DNA of 64,000 nucleotides from the human T2T-CHM13v2.0 reference genome, Homo sapiens. The position numbers were made by a program, and so were the translations under genes. Below the pieces are notes generated by a model, which was not told where the DNA came from, ran no database searches, and saw nothing but the letters and a program-made list of their open reading frames with translations. Numbering within the stretch: position 1 is the stretch's first letter; every line of letters begins with the position of its first letter. This document shows, one piece after another, positions 61,563-64,000 of the stretch. The stretch is from the NCBI RefSeq assembly GCF_009914755.1, contig NC_060936.1; one strand, 5' to 3'.

Positions 61563-64000
61563 CATTCATATAGAACCAAAAAAAAAAAAAACAATCCAAA
61601 TAACCAAGGCAATTCTAAGCAAAAAGAACAAAGCTGGAGGTATCACATTACCTGATGTCAAAAACAGACACATAAATCAATAGAACAGAATAGGGAGCCC
61701 AGAAACAATGCTACATACTTACAACCATCTGTTTTTGACAAAGTCGACGAAGACAAACAATGGGGTCTGAAATCCCTGGTCAATAAATAATGCTGGGATA
61801 ACTGGCTAGCCATATGCAGAAGATTGAATCTGGACCCCTTCTTTTCACCATATACAAAAATCAACTCAAGATGGATTAAAGATTTAAATGTAAAACCTAA
61901 AACCATAAGAACCCTGGACGATAGACTAGGAAATATGATTCTGGACATAGACCCTGGCAAAGATTTCATGATGATGACACTAAAAGCAATCACAACAAAA
62001 ACAAAAATTGACAAACGGGGCCTAATTAAGCTAAAGAGCTTCTGCACAGCAAAAGAAAGTATCAACAGAGTAAACAGGCAACCTACAGAAAGGGAGACTC
62101 TATTTGCAAACTATGCATCCAATAAAGGCCTAATATCCAGAATTTATAAGGAACTTAAAACAAGCTAACAAGGAAAAAACACACAGGTGCATGAAAAGGC
62201 AGGCAAAGGACTTGCACAGACACTTTTCAAAATAAGCCATAAATGAGGCCAGTAAATATATGAAAATATGCTCAACATCACTAATTATGGAGAAATGCAA
62301 ATCAAAACCACAGTGAGATGTGGTTTCATCTCATACCAGTCAGAATGGCTGTTATTAAAATGTCAAAAAATGACAGATGCTGAAGAGGTCACAGAGAAAG
62401 GAGAAAGCTTATATGCTGCTCATGGGAATGTAAATTAGTTCAGTCATTGTGGAAAGCGTTTTGGTGATTTCTTCAATAACTTAACATAAAATTACCATTT
62501 GACCCAGCAATCCCATCACTGGGTATATACCCAAAGGAATATAAATTGTTCTACCATAAAGACACATGTATGCATATGTTTGTCACAGCTCTATTCACGT
62601 AGCAAAGACGTGGAATCAACCTAGATGCCCATCAATGGTAGACTGGATAAGGAAAATATGGTACACATACACCATGAAATACTACACAGCCATAAAAAAG
62701 AACTAAATTATGTCCTTTTCAACAACATGGATGAAGCTGGAGGCCATTATCCTAAGTGAACTAATACAGGAACAGAAAACCAAATACTGCATATTTTCAC
62801 TTATAAGTGGGAGCTAAACATTGAGTACACATGGACACAAAGAAGGGAACAACAGACACCGGGACCTACTTGAGGGTGGAGGGTGAGGATCAAAAAACTA
62901 CGTATCAGGTACTATGCTTATTACTTCAGTGACAAAATAATCTGTATACCAAATCCTTGTGACACCCTTGTGATTAAATTATAAATTATAAAGGCTATGA
63001 GTTGAGAAAGACAATATTTCTTCCCTTATACATAATGTTCAAGTTGCTGAATGACTGACCAGGATATTTCACCAGAATTTAGATTGAAACAAAAAAGGCT
63101 GGAAGTTTCAGGGACAGAATTAAGAATTTGGCTATGAGATAGTAAATGTTAAGGCTATGATTAAAGAATATCTAAGCAGGCAAAGATCCAAATCAAGAAT
63201 ATTAACAAAGACAGGTTGGAGTTGGCAAGTTCCTTGGAATCTAATTAGAAATCAGGTAGGTCAGTTATCTGGGAGGACTTAAAGCCATGCTGGAAGACAG
63301 AGGCTGAAAATTAGAGTTTCTGGGCAATGCAAGATCAGAAAATCAAGCCAAAAAGCAACGCTCAGATTCCAAGTAGGTGGCTTTAGTAACAGGCATGGGA
63401 AATCAACAATATAAATGAGGTTTATTATTGAGCTAAAGATTCAGTGAGCCTAGGGCTTTCTATGTGTTTAGCCCAGGGCTGGAATTTGTCTCATAGCAAG
63501 AGACTGGCATGAAATTTCAGATACCTTTCACTTGGATGAAGAACTAAGAGAATGAAGAATAAGGCAATTCTTGATGTAGGGATCCAAACTCTAGGTATAT
63601 TAGACTTTCTTGAGCTAATTTATGAGCATGATAGAGTTTTAGCAAATACAGGATTATAAAATTGTCAAATTAGGATCTCTTAAAATCAATAGTTGGGTCA
63701 ATTTCATGGAGACTCTGATATGACATTTTTACTTTGGTAGAATTAAATGTTGCTGACTAGTCTTGTGTCTTCAAAAGGATAATGCACAATCTAAATTATT
63801 GCTGAAAAGCTGAAATAAGACATTTGGTTTCACATGTGAGAATATGGAGTTTTGCTCTTAGGCACTAGATCTGAGGGGACAAACCCTTCAACCCAAGAGG
63901 TTGAGCTACCTTGGGTCATAACAGCCACTGTGATTGCTGCTATGAGAAAAAAGCAATCAGTATGCAGGAATAGGCAGTATAATTAGTTCTCTACATCAAC

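Larger units (their letters stand above)
58725..62965 (+). mobile_element. L1PA15/16-like element: end of ORF1, decayed ORF2 and partial 3'UTR
   Basis: ORF2 remnants (ORFs 59562-59882 and 61824-62168); RT motif DNA TTTGCAGATGACATGAT (FADDM) near 61053; 3'UTR GGGACCTACTTGAGGGTGGAGGG...AAAAACTAC; no poly(A) tail. Confidence 0.92.

Overview
AT-rich hominid genomic DNA (human or great ape, since it carries a full-length SVA and an AluY). It looks intronic or intergenic, and I recognise no intact protein-coding gene. Nearly all ORFs in the track come from repeats or chance. Conventional content: a 5'-truncated, disabled EEF1A1 processed pseudogene (~32321-33887), a full-length SVA with a 12-bp target-site duplication (TSD), eight Alus, several L1s, MaLR/ERVL/ERV1 LTRs, Tigger1 and hAT MITEs. 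Five structures would be missed or split by routine repeat annotation: (1) an ~840-bp retrocopy of an unidentified RNA that was polyadenylated inside a MER41A LTR, bounded by a perfect 16-bp TSD (20940-21808); (2) a 415-bp inverted copy of nearby unique DNA pasted inside an Alu, giving a ~96.6% identical inverted repeat with a 1.56-kb spacer (25237-27630); (3) an old L1MA 3' transduction that ends at a MaLR LTR poly(A) signal, with a 14-bp TSD (38529-39064); (4) a tailless 5S rRNA retrocopy inside an L1 (61508-61562); (5) a ~70-bp direct duplication 4 kb apart. A few well-formed candidate exons on both strands suggest spliced, probably non-coding, transcripts. Repeat subfamily names come from remembered consensus sequences, and the boundaries of old elements are approximate.
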